DNA of 64,000 bases, from positions 15,127 to 79,126 of IMG/VR virus record IMGVR_UViG_2531839366_000001; one strand, 5' to 3'. A program made the position numbers and the translations under genes. The notes below the pieces were generated by a model. The model did no database searches and was not told the DNA's origin. It saw only the letters and a list, made by a program, of their open reading frames with translations. Positions 47,490 to 57,641 of the stretch are shown here, one piece after another; position 1 is the first letter of the stretch; every line of letters begins with the position of its first letter. This DNA is from a virus. Taxonomy: Duplodnaviria > Caudoviricetes.

Positions 47490-48410
47490 TTATTTCTTTT
47501 TCGCTAAAACCTCTGCTCGTATCTTTTCTTTCTCTTCTTCAGAAAGCCCTAATATCTTATTATCAACCGCAGGAGACATTACACACTTGCAAAAAATTCT
47601 TTCCTTTCCACTTAACGAACTGTCACGCGGAAACATACATTTTTCACCGGAACCCGGTAGAACGAAGGGTTCTTCAACCAGAACAACAGTGCCATCGTAT
47701 TCAACATGATTCTCACGAGGGTCATTGTTTTTAGCACCACTATGCCTCCACTTTTTTCCCGTAACAGCAGGACTCTGCAAATATGACTCGAACTGGCTTG
47801 CCGAACAACTCGCAAGTACTTCAGTGGCAGCGGTTTTCCTCGCTCTTTTACGATCGAATTCCGGAAGCTTTGCAAGCTCTCTCGCAATTTCCTTTATACC
47901 TTTCCCCTTCTCTAATCCATCGTTTAAAATACGCTCCACTGCTTTGTGTGAGTTAATTTGCATCAACTTACCTAGTTCATCAGACCAACTATTAATCCAC
48001 TTTGTAGTGCGTTTTGAGAAGATATTAAATTGGATGTCAGGGTCAATCGCATTCATGAAAGCTTTAGCCATATCTTTCATTGAATAATTAAGGAACTTCC
48101 TTGCAGATTTGCTCAAGCTTTTTGCAAAGGTATCTGCTCCAAATAGGCTACCAGTAACGAAATTAATGATATCTTTTATCTTGATACCCTTTTCGATAGC
48201 GTCCTTTTTCGTATAGTTCTTAATCCCATCAACAAAGTACTTGCGCTGCTTCCTAAGCAGTTTAGCAATTTCCTTTTCGAAGTCCTCAACATAACCAGGT
48301 AGCATGTCCAATACTTCTAAATCAGCAGGTAAGGAAGTAGAAAAATCGTCTGTATCAGCCTTTTGTATCCATTCATTCAATGAAATTAGCAGTTTATCAA
48401 TCTTCTGCAT
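47490..48410 (-). CDS. Minor head/morphogenesis protein (Mu F/SPP1 gp7-like)
   Basis: RARKTAATE...KKWRHSG...PRENH...FPRD...CKC. Confidence 0.88.
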   Translation of the reverse strand: MQKIDKLLISLNEWIQKADTDDFSTSLPADLEVLDMLPGYVEDFEKEIAKLLRKQRKYFVDGIKNYTKKDAIEKGIKIKDIINFVTGSLFGADTFAKSLSKSARKFLNYSMKDMAKAFMNAIDPDIQFNIFSKRTTKWINSWSDELGKLMQINSHKAVERILNDGLEKGKGIKEIARELAKLPEFDRKRARKTAATEVLASCSASQFESYLQSPAVTGKKWRHSGAKNNDPRENHVEYDGTVVLVEEPFVLPGSGEKCMFPRDSSLSGKERIFCKCVMSPAVDNKILGLSEEEKEKIRAEVLAKKK

Positions 48411-49920
48411 CTTGCATCGATTCCAATAAGTCTCTTAAATCCTTCATAATCATGACTAGGTCAACAGGAGTATCAGATTTTTGAATAGGTTCTGTTGTCT
48501 TTTGTTCAGACAACTTCTTAATTGCTTGTAATACCAATGCAATAGGCTGATTCGCTTCTTCTATTTTGAACGATTCAAGGTTCTTATTCAGTACTTTTGA
48601 AGCCAAATCACGTAAATCGTTAAACGTGACGCCGCCATACTTACATAGAATATCAAGCATTTTCGCAAGGTCTTCAGTATTACTGATTTCCGGCTTACGC
48701 AGGTTCACATATACATGTTTAAGCTCGTATGGAGGCAAGAGAATGTTATTAATAATAAACTCTAGGGAGTTTCTTTCTGGTTCAAATACTTGTTCTTCTG
48801 TAATCTCTCGTGCCGCATCAGCAGTAGCACGGTTAAAGTCTCTGCTATACCCTACATAAATATCAGGTAAACGGAATGCTGATTGTACCTTTTGACGTGA
48901 TTTTTCATCGTATTCTAGGAATAGAGCATCATTTTGCAGGATGTCAGCTAATGATTTTAACTCGATATCAACCTGAGGAGGGGTATCTCCTACAACTCCT
49001 TCTTCTGCTGGCTCTACTTGAAGCAGCAAATATTTATGTTGATTATCCTCACCTTCAACATCCGAAACATAGTTAGTAATTGCCGCTTCGCTTTCTTCTG
49101 AAAGAACACCATTCTTTAGTAAAATAGCCATAGGAATATGCCTACCTTGTTTGAAATAACGCAAGTTTAATTCTTCTGCTTTTCTAGCGCCTACCATATG
49201 AACAACATGGGATACCCAGCGAGGAATACCATAAGGACCATTTCCGATTTTCAAATGAAGTACCTCAGTTGCATCTTTTGGCCCAAATGATTTATCGCTA
49301 AATTCCCCAGTCTCTTTATTTAGAAAGCGCGGATCACCAAATTCCTTAAAATAGGTATCTACAGCACCTACTTGTTGTACATAACGACGAAATAATTTCT
49401 TTCGCTTAATTGATTTACCATTAATAAAATAGGAGACTTCTTGTGGTTTATCATCTTTACGCGTAACCCTGATGTATTGCGGTAACATATTTACTAATTC
49501 AGCAGGTTTTCCCTCAAGATTACGAATTACCTCAATATAGCCATTACCTGCGGTTTCTCTATCATCAATTGCAGTTTCAAGAATTTCTTTGAATGGTTTT
49601 TCAAAACTAAAGAAAGGAATAACTTCTATGTCTACATATGTCCACTCTGACTTCATCTCGGTGGTTTCTTCAATATCATTCTGTTTGTACTGCATTTCAT
49701 GTCCAAATCCAGCAATATTTCGCTTATAAGCATCTATGCATTGACCTAAAATTGTACTATTTTCTCTAATCAACTGTAAGTCTTCTATTCTATAAGGTGG
49801 CGTAATGATATCGTTGAATGCATTCTTTTCTTTTTCGTCCTCTTGTTGGCGTGACAAGACTTGAGTACTTGTTCCTGCCGCCTTAATTACTCTGGCACTA
49901 ACTTGTCTTTTCTTCGTCAT
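48397..49920 (-). CDS. Portal protein (PBSX XkdE/YqbA family)
   Basis: CIDAYKRNIAGFG, YGIPRW, SAFRLPDIYVG...DFNRATA. Confidence 0.93.
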   Translation of the reverse strand: MTKKRQVSARVIKAAGTSTQVLSRQQEDEKEKNAFNDIITPPYRIEDLQLIRENSTILGQCIDAYKRNIAGFGHEMQYKQNDIEETTEMKSEWTYVDIEVIPFFSFEKPFKEILETAIDDRETAGNGYIEVIRNLEGKPAELVNMLPQYIRVTRKDDKPQEVSYFINGKSIKRKKLFRRYVQQVGAVDTYFKEFGDPRFLNKETGEFSDKSFGPKDATEVLHLKIGNGPYGIPRWVSHVVHMVGARKAEELNLRYFKQGRHIPMAILLKNGVLSEESEAAITNYVSDVEGEDNQHKYLLLQVEPAEEGVVGDTPPQVDIELKSLADILQNDALFLEYDEKSRQKVQSAFRLPDIYVGYSRDFNRATADAAREITEEQVFEPERNSLEFIINNILLPPYELKHVYVNLRKPEISNTEDLAKMLDILCKYGGVTFNDLRDLASKVLNKNLESFKIEEANQPIALVLQAIKKLSEQKTTEPIQKSDTPVDLVMIMKDLRDLLESMQDAED

Positions 49921-51239
49921 TAAGCTGCTTCACCTCTTTTCTTTTTCTTCTTTTTACGTAATCCAAATATGATTGTATTAATGAAGTATCTCGTTTCGTC
50001 CATGTGGTGGTCATTCTCTTTTAGAGGTTTATCCTCACCACGTTGGATTGCTTTTTCATCCCATATATAAGAAGCGAACTCTTTAAATGTCTCGATGCAG
50101 CAGTCATTGAAGTACGCTCTTCCTGTATTAAGCGCTATACCGACGTTACCAATACCTTCTTTCACATTGTTACGCGCCTTATATACTTTCCTCTTATTGC
50201 GCATCAATACTGCGATAAATGAAGCAGCTGAAGGATCAACTACAGTTCCCTTAATTGGCAAATCACCAACGAATCCCTCGTAGTCTTCGTAGTATTCCTG
50301 GTCCGTTTTCTGCTTCTCTGTATCACGGCCGCTATAATGGTACTCTTTGATTTTGTACCACACTTCTTTGTCGCCTTCTTCAATACATTTCCCCCATAGT
50401 CCATACGCCATAGCGTTCTGCGTACCGTAGTCACATGATACATAATACTCAACGTATTCACGTTTAATGGACGGAACCTCATGAATATCCTTGTTGAACA
50501 TATCGAATACGAGACCTGAAGCAGCTGCCCATTCACCTTTGATGTATCTACGATAGAAAACACCGCTATACATACGGTTGTAACGTTCTTTTGTTTTCTT
50601 ATCTAAAGACAAGTTGTCTTCCATCGTAAAACGCAAGTGCAGGAGATTCTTTGTTTTCTTATCATCTAGCCACTTCATTTTAAACCAATGATACGGGCCA
50701 CCCGGATTACAGTTGAACCACATTTTCGCTCCAGTAACAGAACAACGCCCAGTTGCTTGCTCTACAAAACTTCGTACCATAAGCACTACTTCATCAAAGA
50801 ATATCCCAGCCAAAGTAATACCTTGAATCAAATCTTGTGAACTTTCATCTTTCCCACCAAAAATATAAAAGAAGTTTGTTACTCCATCTTTCGTGATGGT
50901 CAACATATTCTCACTACGATGGTCCTTCACCTTATAACCACGAGACTTGAGCATCTTTTTAAGTGGCGTTATAACGTTACGACGGTGTGAACCAATCGTT
51001 TTACCACACATACCGAAGTTCTCGCCTTCGAATGATTCCATTGCCCACATGACATAGGAAAGAGCCATTGATACAGTCTTCCCAGCACGAATGGAACCAT
51101 CACAAATAATCCCGTCATAATCTTTAACGGGACTGTTAGGCTTCCACCAGGTTAATACTTTCATCTGCTTCTTGGAGAATGGCTTAAATTTGAATGGAGC
51201 AGGTTTCTTTTTACGCTTCGGAATCGTCGTCATAGTCAT
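49920..51239 (-). CDS. Terminase large subunit (PBSX family)
   Basis: DGSIRAGKT, FFDEVV, FNCNP, SCDYG, DPSA, DHHMDETRY. Confidence 0.95.
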   Translation of the reverse strand: MTMTTIPKRKKKPAPFKFKPFSKKQMKVLTWWKPNSPVKDYDGIICDGSIRAGKTVSMALSYVMWAMESFEGENFGMCGKTIGSHRRNVITPLKKMLKSRGYKVKDHRSENMLTITKDGVTNFFYIFGGKDESSQDLIQGITLAGIFFDEVVLMVRSFVEQATGRCSVTGAKMWFNCNPGGPYHWFKMKWLDDKKTKNLLHLRFTMEDNLSLDKKTKERYNRMYSGVFYRRYIKGEWAAASGLVFDMFNKDIHEVPSIKREYVEYYVSCDYGTQNAMAYGLWGKCIEEGDKEVWYKIKEYHYSGRDTEKQKTDQEYYEDYEGFVGDLPIKGTVVDPSAASFIAVLMRNKRKVYKARNNVKEGIGNVGIALNTGRAYFNDCCIETFKEFASYIWDEKAIQRGEDKPLKENDHHMDETRYFINTIIFGLRKKKKKKRGEAA

Positions 51240-52008
51240 CCCACGCTTCCTCTACCTTGCCTTCTAGCGCTTCTTTGAAACCATCATCTTCATACTCTTC
51301 ACCATCTTCCCCTTTAATACGAGCGGTTTCGGCTTTCGTTTTCTCTATATCAGCTTTCAGTTTATCTAGCTCTAATCTTCTCTTGTCATCAGCATTCGCT
51401 AGCTTGTCAAACCTTTCAATAAGCTGCGATAACGTAGTCATTGCCCTTGATTGGGCATTTAAGAAGGTTGCATGTTTGTCCCAAGCGAATTGAATTTCCC
51501 ATTCTTCTTCAAATCCACTCTCAGTAACCTTATTTTTTCGCAACTCTTTTGTTGTATCTTCCTGATATTTAACAAACATTAATCGTTGCGCTCTAATAAT
51601 AGCTGTATATTGAATCGTTATGTTTTCCCACAACATATCAATTGGGTCTTTCTCCATGATCTCAGCGGCTAAATCCGCAACATCTTCCGGGAAGTGTTTA
51701 CGGAAGAATCCGTGCGTCATAGCGTTATGGTTCCCTTTTGGTGGACCATGACCTACAGCATTCTTATTACCCCATTTAGGATTCTTGTTACCTGGGTTAC
51801 CGACTGCATTTTGATTCCCAATGGGTGCACCCGTCTTCTTTTGTGTGCGTACTTTTTCTTCTTTTGTATGCACACCTTTTCGGTCCCATTTGTACCTGGT
51901 CTTCCATGACTTTACGGTATTTACGCTGACATCATGTTTCTCAGCTATATCTTTATACTTCATTCCTTGTATGTAATCTTCTTGAGCTAACTCGTGTTTT
52001 TGTTTCAC
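51211..52008 (-). CDS. Terminase small subunit (YqaS-like)
   Basis: HTH KDIAEKHDVSVNTVKSWKTRYKW, GAPIGNQNAVG and GNHNAMTHG repeats. Confidence 0.9.
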   Translation of the reverse strand: MKQKHELAQEDYIQGMKYKDIAEKHDVSVNTVKSWKTRYKWDRKGVHTKEEKVRTQKKTGAPIGNQNAVGNPGNKNPKWGNKNAVGHGPPKGNHNAMTHGFFRKHFPEDVADLAAEIMEKDPIDMLWENITIQYTAIIRAQRLMFVKYQEDTTKELRKNKVTESGFEEEWEIQFAWDKHATFLNAQSRAMTTLSQLIERFDKLANADDKRRLELDKLKADIEKTKAETARIKGEDGEEYEDDGFKEALEGKVEEAWDDYDDDSEA

Positions 52009-52155
52009 TTCATATCACCCACCACCTTCTATATAATAGGAAGTAACTCGTTATAACTCCTCCTTATGGTAATTCCTTTATAAAATAAAAAAGCAGCGGA
52101 TTCGCTACTTTAAAGTAAATGATTTAATCTTGAATTTCCCCATCTCTTTCCCCTC

Positions 52156-52767
52156 CTACATAACCCCCTTTTCTTTTGCTCTCTCATAAAGAACCGTACG
52201 ACTTACACCAGTAACTTCACATATCTTCTTTACTGTGTATCCATTCTCTTCACGCTTAGCAAGCAGCTCTAAAGCGTGCTCCATTTTAGGATTTTTATCG
52301 CCGTACTTTTTAGGTCTTCCCTTATATACGCCACGTTGTTTAGCAAGGTCTATACCTTCTCTTTGACGCATCTTAAGTAAATCCCTTTCTAACTGGTTAA
52401 CACCAGCCATTACAGTGAGTAGAAAAGTGCTGTATGGGTTATCGCTCGTAGTATCAAGCCATGTATCCTTTATTGATTTAATCGAAGCCCCTTTACTCTT
52501 AATAACTTCAATGAGTTCAAATAAATCCTTTGTACTTCGACTAATACGAGTTAAATCGGTAACTACAATCGTGTCACCTTCTTTTAAGTTATCAAGCATT
52601 AATTGAAGTTCTTCTCTGTTTGTTGTTGCTCCGCTTGTTTTCTCTTCATACACATGATCACATCCATAATCATTCAGCTGTTTCAATTGCCTAGCTAAAT
52701 TTTGTTCTTGTGTAGAAACACGAGCATAACCAATTATCATAATATCTTCCCCTTTGTCCGCTAACAC
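52156..52767 (-). CDS. Serine recombinase (resolvase family)
   Basis: GYARVST catalytic Ser, DLTRISRS, C-terminal HTH. Confidence 0.95.
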   Translation of the reverse strand: MLADKGEDIMIIGYARVSTQEQNLARQLKQLNDYGCDHVYEEKTSGATTNREELQLMLDNLKEGDTIVVTDLTRISRSTKDLFELIEVIKSKGASIKSIKDTWLDTTSDNPYSTFLLTVMAGVNQLERDLLKMRQREGIDLAKQRGVYKGRPKKYGDKNPKMEHALELLAKREENGYTVKKICEVTGVSRTVLYERAKEKGVM

Positions 52768-52992
52768 GTTCGGAAATTAATCCTATGTACATAATACCAT
52801 TTGTTTTCCGTACATGTAAACAGGACGTTGTGAAGTATGATAAATTCGTTCGCTCTTTTATGTCCGTATAGGGTAGACCTAATTAGGACTATTCTTTTGT
52901 AATTATCCCATATTGGTGTTATTATTATTTTTGTACTCTAGCGCGAGTGGCGCGATGTGCTTATACATCTAATAATGCCACACGAGAAAGAG

Positions 52993-53112
52993 ATGTATAT
53001 GAAAATCGACTTAAAAGGTAGCTTCGACTTAAAAATTGAGGTGAACCCTGAGTCATTAGCGAAATTAGTAGATTTAGTTCTATTACTCGCACAAGCTTAC
53101 CTGGGGCAATAG
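52993..53112 (+). CDS. 39-aa small protein with hydrophobic C-terminus
   Basis: My translation MYMKIDLKGSFDLKIEVNPESLAKLVDLVLLLAQAYLGQ; terminator hairpin over the stop. Confidence 0.4.
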   Translation: MYMKIDLKGSFDLKIEVNPESLAKLVDLVLLLAQAYLGQ

Positions 53113-53245
53113 TCTCAGGTATTTTTTCGTTCGTTGTGTTCGTTTGTTTTGTTATCTTTCCTTAACAACAAACAAGACGCCACCCAAATCACGGCAGCGC
53201 CTACGAGAATTGCTATACACTTAATCAAACTCATTTATCCTCACA

Positions 53246-53437
53246 TTATTTATTTCTTTGCTTCCATACCCCATGCTCTTTACGATAAGTATCCTTTCCA
53301 TTCATGAAGTCAGCTGTATTACCAGGCATGCTATATCTTTTATTCTTTTTCTTAGCCTTCTTCTTCAGCCTTTTCTCTTCTTGAATAGCTTGCAAATCCG
53401 CCTTCCATTGTTTCAACAAATCCTTTTCACTTCGCAT
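53246..53437 (-). CDS. Small basic hypothetical protein
   Basis: 63 aa, Lys-rich, RBS AAGGGG. Confidence 0.6.
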   Translation of the reverse strand: MRSEKDLLKQWKADLQAIQEEKRLKKKAKKKNKRYSMPGNTADFMNGKDTYRKEHGVWKQRNK

Positions 53438-53966
53438 CGAATTTGTACCCCTTGGATTAAAATGTGAACCAAATAACTAGATTCTACCAATTTATATAGA
53501 TATCCTTTAATCCAAATGTCCATTTTGTTCAAAACAAAAAAAGCACCCGTTTCCGCGAGCGCTCCTTTTAAGGGATTATGAGATTCCCCATTAACGAAAG
53601 TTAATGTTACTAAAATTAATGAGGTACAAGCAGTATATGCTTGTCCTATTCAAATAGTGCATAGAAAGAAAGCATCCACATCAGTAGATGCCCAAATGTG
53701 TAGGAGTTTTCAATGAGTATTGAATAGGACCTGAGAGAGGTTGTCCTACACTTCAATATATGCTTGTACTTATCATAATGTGCAATAAAAAAAGCACCCT
53801 CGTCCAGGCGCCAAGAGATACATATACGTTGAGGTAACTAACACGCTAGAAAAGACCCTTCCATATCATTTTATGATTATCGATTATCTTTATACCTAGA
53901 ATACTCTTTAAATACGTTTAATGTGTAATTTCTATATAACAAAGGAAAAAGCACCCGTTTTGGATG

Positions 53967-54191
53967 CTATTGATCATTATAGTTACGTTTCAAAATGATA
54001 TTTAGTTCTTTTTCGGTTTCCTCGTTTTTCGGATGTCGATAATACTCCAATTTATACTTCTTTACATCATAATTAAAGAGACCTATCTTAATACTGTTAG
54101 TTTCTTTCAAAACAGCCATTAAACTAGCTACATCCTCATTTTTCGAATCAAGAATCAGTTCTCCAGATTCACCCCTAAAAAACACTCTCAT
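53967..54191 (-). CDS. Hypothetical phage protein
   Basis: 74-aa ORF with RBS AGGGGATG. Confidence 0.6.
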   Translation of the reverse strand: MRVFFRGESGELILDSKNEDVASLMAVLKETNSIKIGLFNYDVKKYKLEYYRHPKNEETEKELNIILKRNYNDQ

Positions 54192-54249
54192 ACACTCATC
54201 CCCTTTCCCACTATCTATTCGACAGAAAAGAAGAATATCCTACAAAATA

Positions 54250-54900
54250 AAAAGCCATCACCGAAGTGACAGCTTTCTTTCAAGGGGATGGAGAAATATT
54301 CACGAAGGGGGCGTTTCGCAATCATTTCAATGCTGATAACTCTCAACCTTCTCCAAGCCACCGCATCATATAATTTTCTAGCTATCTTAGCTACGCGCTT
54401 TACGTTCGGTGACTGGGAGAAGACTAAGAATCTTCTCGTTTATACTCCGTAGAGTCGGCTACTTAATCTCATTTTCGCCAATTTCGCTTACACAACGTTT
54501 AAAGGATTAATAGCAAGACGTATATTTTTCTTCCGACGCCTTGTTTGAACCAATACACTAGAGGGACGGAAGGGGGATGTTTCAGCTGTATTGGCTCAAA
54601 CAAAGAGCGAAAGCTCTCTGCTCTCATTTTGGTCATTAATAAGAATCATGAGTAATTACTAATGATCGAGATTACGTATACAATCCTGTACCAGAAACGC
54701 GATGTTCATTCAATCAAGAACAACCACCCCATTTCCATTTTCAAGAACCGACATAACAGAGTAATAGACTTATATTCATTATCAACCCAGAGGACGCATT
54801 CCGAGCTGAATAGTAAATATAAATAATTTCGGGAAACTCTTATTCCCTCTAGCCTCCGCGCCACCGAGTAACGTTATTATAATGGGAACGCTATCCCCAA
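54250..54900 (-). ncRNA. Hairpin-rich non-coding region downstream of arpU (candidate late leader/ncRNA)
   Basis: Stems TTGTTTGAACCAATACA/TGTATTGGCTCAAACAA, AGAGC-GAAA-GCTCT, GAGAAGA/TCTTCTC; ends in an AGCTGTCAC-TTCG-GTGATGGCT terminator. Confidence 0.35.
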
Positions 54901-54997
54901 AACGTATTCTCTTTTCAAAGAACTGTTTATGGAAATAGCTTATAATTTTCACGTTTTTATTTAGTCCCCCAAAAAGTTCGCATTTTGTTCGCGATTT

Positions 54998-55369
54998 TTA
55001 GATTATCCCTAATGCTGTAGCAATCAATTTAACGGCACTCTGCTTCTTCTCATAGAAGTAAGTCTTCTTGAGTAATAGATCATGATAAACATCTGAATCT
55101 TTTACTCTCTCGTTTGTCAGGAACTTCCGCTCAACAATCTTACGCTCATCTTCATCTAGTAAATTATTAAGCGCCTTCTCAACCTGCTGCACCTTCCATT
55201 TACTTGCATTCCTTGAATCACGTAACTCAGGGAATAAACTGATTCCTTCCTGCTCCACTTCATTACTGAATCGCATCTTGAGTGCTCTGTATTCCTTTAA
55301 TACGCTCACTACTTCCTTTTGTACTTTCTTATCATCGATAGCTGGTAATAAAGTTAATTGTCTCTCCAT
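54998..55369 (-). CDS. ArpU/RinA-family late transcriptional activator
   Basis: MERQLTLLP...LDEDERKIVERKFL...YEKKQSAVKLIATALGII. Confidence 0.9.
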   Translation of the reverse strand: MERQLTLLPAIDDKKVQKEVVSVLKEYRALKMRFSNEVEQEGISLFPELRDSRNASKWKVQQVEKALNNLLDEDERKIVERKFLTNERVKDSDVYHDLLLKKTYFYEKKQSAVKLIATALGII

Positions 55370-55506
55370 GAAGGAATCCCCCTATTTCTGAATTTGTAAT
55401 TTTAATATCACATAAGGTACGTGAAATTTTAATATCTTATTGTTGAATAAGGGAACGACGGTTAGTAAGTAGCCCCACCATCTACTCGCCATCGTTCCGC
55501 TATCCA

Positions 55507-56136
55507 TTAAGCCTTTAATAATTTACGTTTCTTGTTGTTCATTTTCTCTTTCGCTGCTTCAATGTCATTTGCTACCTTTTTATGGTCCTGATCAAATTGA
55601 ATCATGCCATCTATTACCGGTGTGAATCCTTGCTCATCAGTGTATTGTAAGTAATCAACTGGCGCTCTTTCTGTCTGATCTACCAGGTACCCATAAATAT
55701 CAAAGCCTGCTCTTGGTATAGACTTCTTAGCCTTCGGTTGATGAGACATCCTTACATAAAATTGAATGACTGTTAGTGGTACCAAGAAGACTGACTTATC
55801 CTTGCTGAATTCAATAAGGAAGAAGCAAACCGCTCCCATCCTCTCTGCTTTTTCCAAGTAATCTAATTGGTGCTGCGCGATGTTTTTTAGATCAAATCGT
55901 GTAGGATTCTCAGTAGACTTCGCTTCAAATGCAATAGCTCGTCCTTTGTACACGCCATCATAGTCTACTGTACTTTTAGCTTCATAGAATCCATTTAGTA
56001 CTCGTCCACCCTTACTCTTTAACACCTTCACAGGAGTCGGACGTTTATTTATAAGCGCCACTCCCGCTCTTTGATACATTTCATTCGATAGATTGATAAG
56101 CTTTTCAAAAGCCATTCCACGGTTACCTTGTCCCAT
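55507..56136 (-). CDS. recU: RecU Holliday junction resolvase
   Basis: NRGMAFE, KRPTP, STVDYDGVYKG, FEAKST, HQLDYL. Confidence 0.93.
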   Translation of the reverse strand: MGQGNRGMAFEKLINLSNEMYQRAGVALINKRPTPVKVLKSKGGRVLNGFYEAKSTVDYDGVYKGRAIAFEAKSTENPTRFDLKNIAQHQLDYLEKAERMGAVCFFLIEFSKDKSVFLVPLTVIQFYVRMSHQPKAKKSIPRAGFDIYGYLVDQTERAPVDYLQYTDEQGFTPVIDGMIQFDQDHKKVANDIEAAKEKMNNKKRKLLKA

Positions 56137-56138
56137 TT

Positions 56139-56369
56139 TTATTCCTCCATTTCTTTCTTGCAGCCTTCAAGAAAATCAATAACTTCCTGAACATGCTCCC
56201 TTGTTGTCATACTTTCCATTACGTATCCTGCATCGTTATAAACATTAACCTTATTTCCTGTAAACTCCATTCCGCACATTCCGTCTGCACCTAATAGCTT
56301 TACTTTATCTTCCACTCTGCCAACCTCGCTTTCTATTAAAATGATTATTTTGTTTAGTTTTCTTTCCAA
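56139..56369 (-). CDS. Hypothetical phage early protein
   Basis: Coupled to recU. Confidence 0.6.
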   Translation of the reverse strand: MERKLNKIIILIESEVGRVEDKVKLLGADGMCGMEFTGNKVNVYNDAGYVMESMTTREHVQEVIDFLEGCKKEMEE

Positions 56370-56626
56370 CTCTCACCCTTACGAAAATGAATATTCCATG
56401 CTTGTTGTCGTGTAAAACCTATATCTTGCAGCTCTTTTATATTTTGGGGCTCTTCAAATGTGCAAGGTACACTTATTTCTCTACTAAAATCAAAACCAGA
56501 TTCAACTGTTTCATCAGAAGAAATATCGATTTCTTGAATACCACCCTGTATTTCCACACTTTCTCCTTCAGCTGTTTGTATAAAGTATTTAACACCTTCT
56601 AAATTCAGGCCCATATCCATATCCAT
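56354..56626 (-). CDS. Hypothetical phage early protein
   Basis: Operonic, RBS AAGGGG. Confidence 0.6.
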   Translation of the reverse strand: MDMDMGLNLEGVKYFIQTAEGESVEIQGGIQEIDISSDETVESGFDFSREISVPCTFEEPQNIKELQDIGFTRQQAWNIHFRKGESWKEN

Positions 56627-57001
56627 TCCCCTTTTCTACAAAATGAAATTTTTATAATCATAATTAGATAAAAACAACATAAATTTTAATGAGACTGGGT
56701 ATTTATTAGCGGTTAGGAGCGCCTTGGTCAATCGTTCCTTTTTTGTGTGTACCAAATAGCGTTTTTGTTAAAATTTCACTTCAATACACTTCATTTATGG
56801 TATATAATGATAATTGAAAACCAAAACTTTCATTTTAGAAAAGTCCTTACGTTTATGTGAGGGCTTTTTTACATTCAAATAAGGATGTTATTTAAATTTT
56901 ACAAAACCTATCTTTACCAAAATAGGTTCAAAATTACCCATTTAGCATAATATAATCCTTTTAAACATTTTAAATTTATAATTAGTAATGGAGGCATTAA
57001 A

Positions 57002-57361
57002 ATGGGAAGCATCCCAAAATTACCATCACAACAATCATCCCTAAAAAACCAAATTAATTCTAACAATCACCAACAAACGAATAAAAAACTAAGACGTCGT
57101 CTTTTACTAGCGCTAGCTTTTATGCTACCTATTGTTATTTCCGCCCAAATCTCCCTTTATAAGCAGGAGCAAATGATTAAGAAAAAACAAATTATACTTA
57201 ATAATGAAAAACAAAAATTATCTTATTTAAAGAACGTTGGACACTATCTTGAAAATGATATTAAAACTTTAACAGAGAGTGAAGAAGGTATTTTACAGTT
57301 CGGAAGAAAGTTGTATGGGTTTTCCAAGGCTGATGAAACTATATTTCTAATAGCTAAATAG
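57002..57361 (+). CDS. DivIC/FtsB-like septum formation initiator (moron)
   Basis: KKLRRRL, TM helix, coiled coil, then IKTL.ESEEGILQFGRKLYGFSK.DETIF. Confidence 0.85.
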   Translation: MGSIPKLPSQQSSLKNQINSNNHQQTNKKLRRRLLLALAFMLPIVISAQISLYKQEQMIKKKQIILNNEKQKLSYLKNVGHYLENDIKTLTESEEGILQFGRKLYGFSKADETIFLIAK

Positions 57362-57641
57362 CTTTTTGATATATAAGCAATTATCATTAATCAATGAGCA
57401 ATTTAATGATAATCGCTTATTATCAACATCCCATTAAATAACTATTTTGTTAAGATTTTAAGTATCCAATTTCCTTTTTCGAATAATCTTTTTTATATCG
57501 CACATACTATCTCTAAGCCGACCTTTCCCCGGCTGCACTCTTTCAAAACGGAAAGCGCTCCTCCGTGCCGTGCAAGAACATGGCGGGCAACTTAATCAGT
57601 TGCCTGCTGTTTTTGTGTATAATCGTAAAAATTCTTGTGCA

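Noticed and set aside
52770-52900. res site for the resolvase
   Set aside because: Expected here, but I could not define three subsites with confidence
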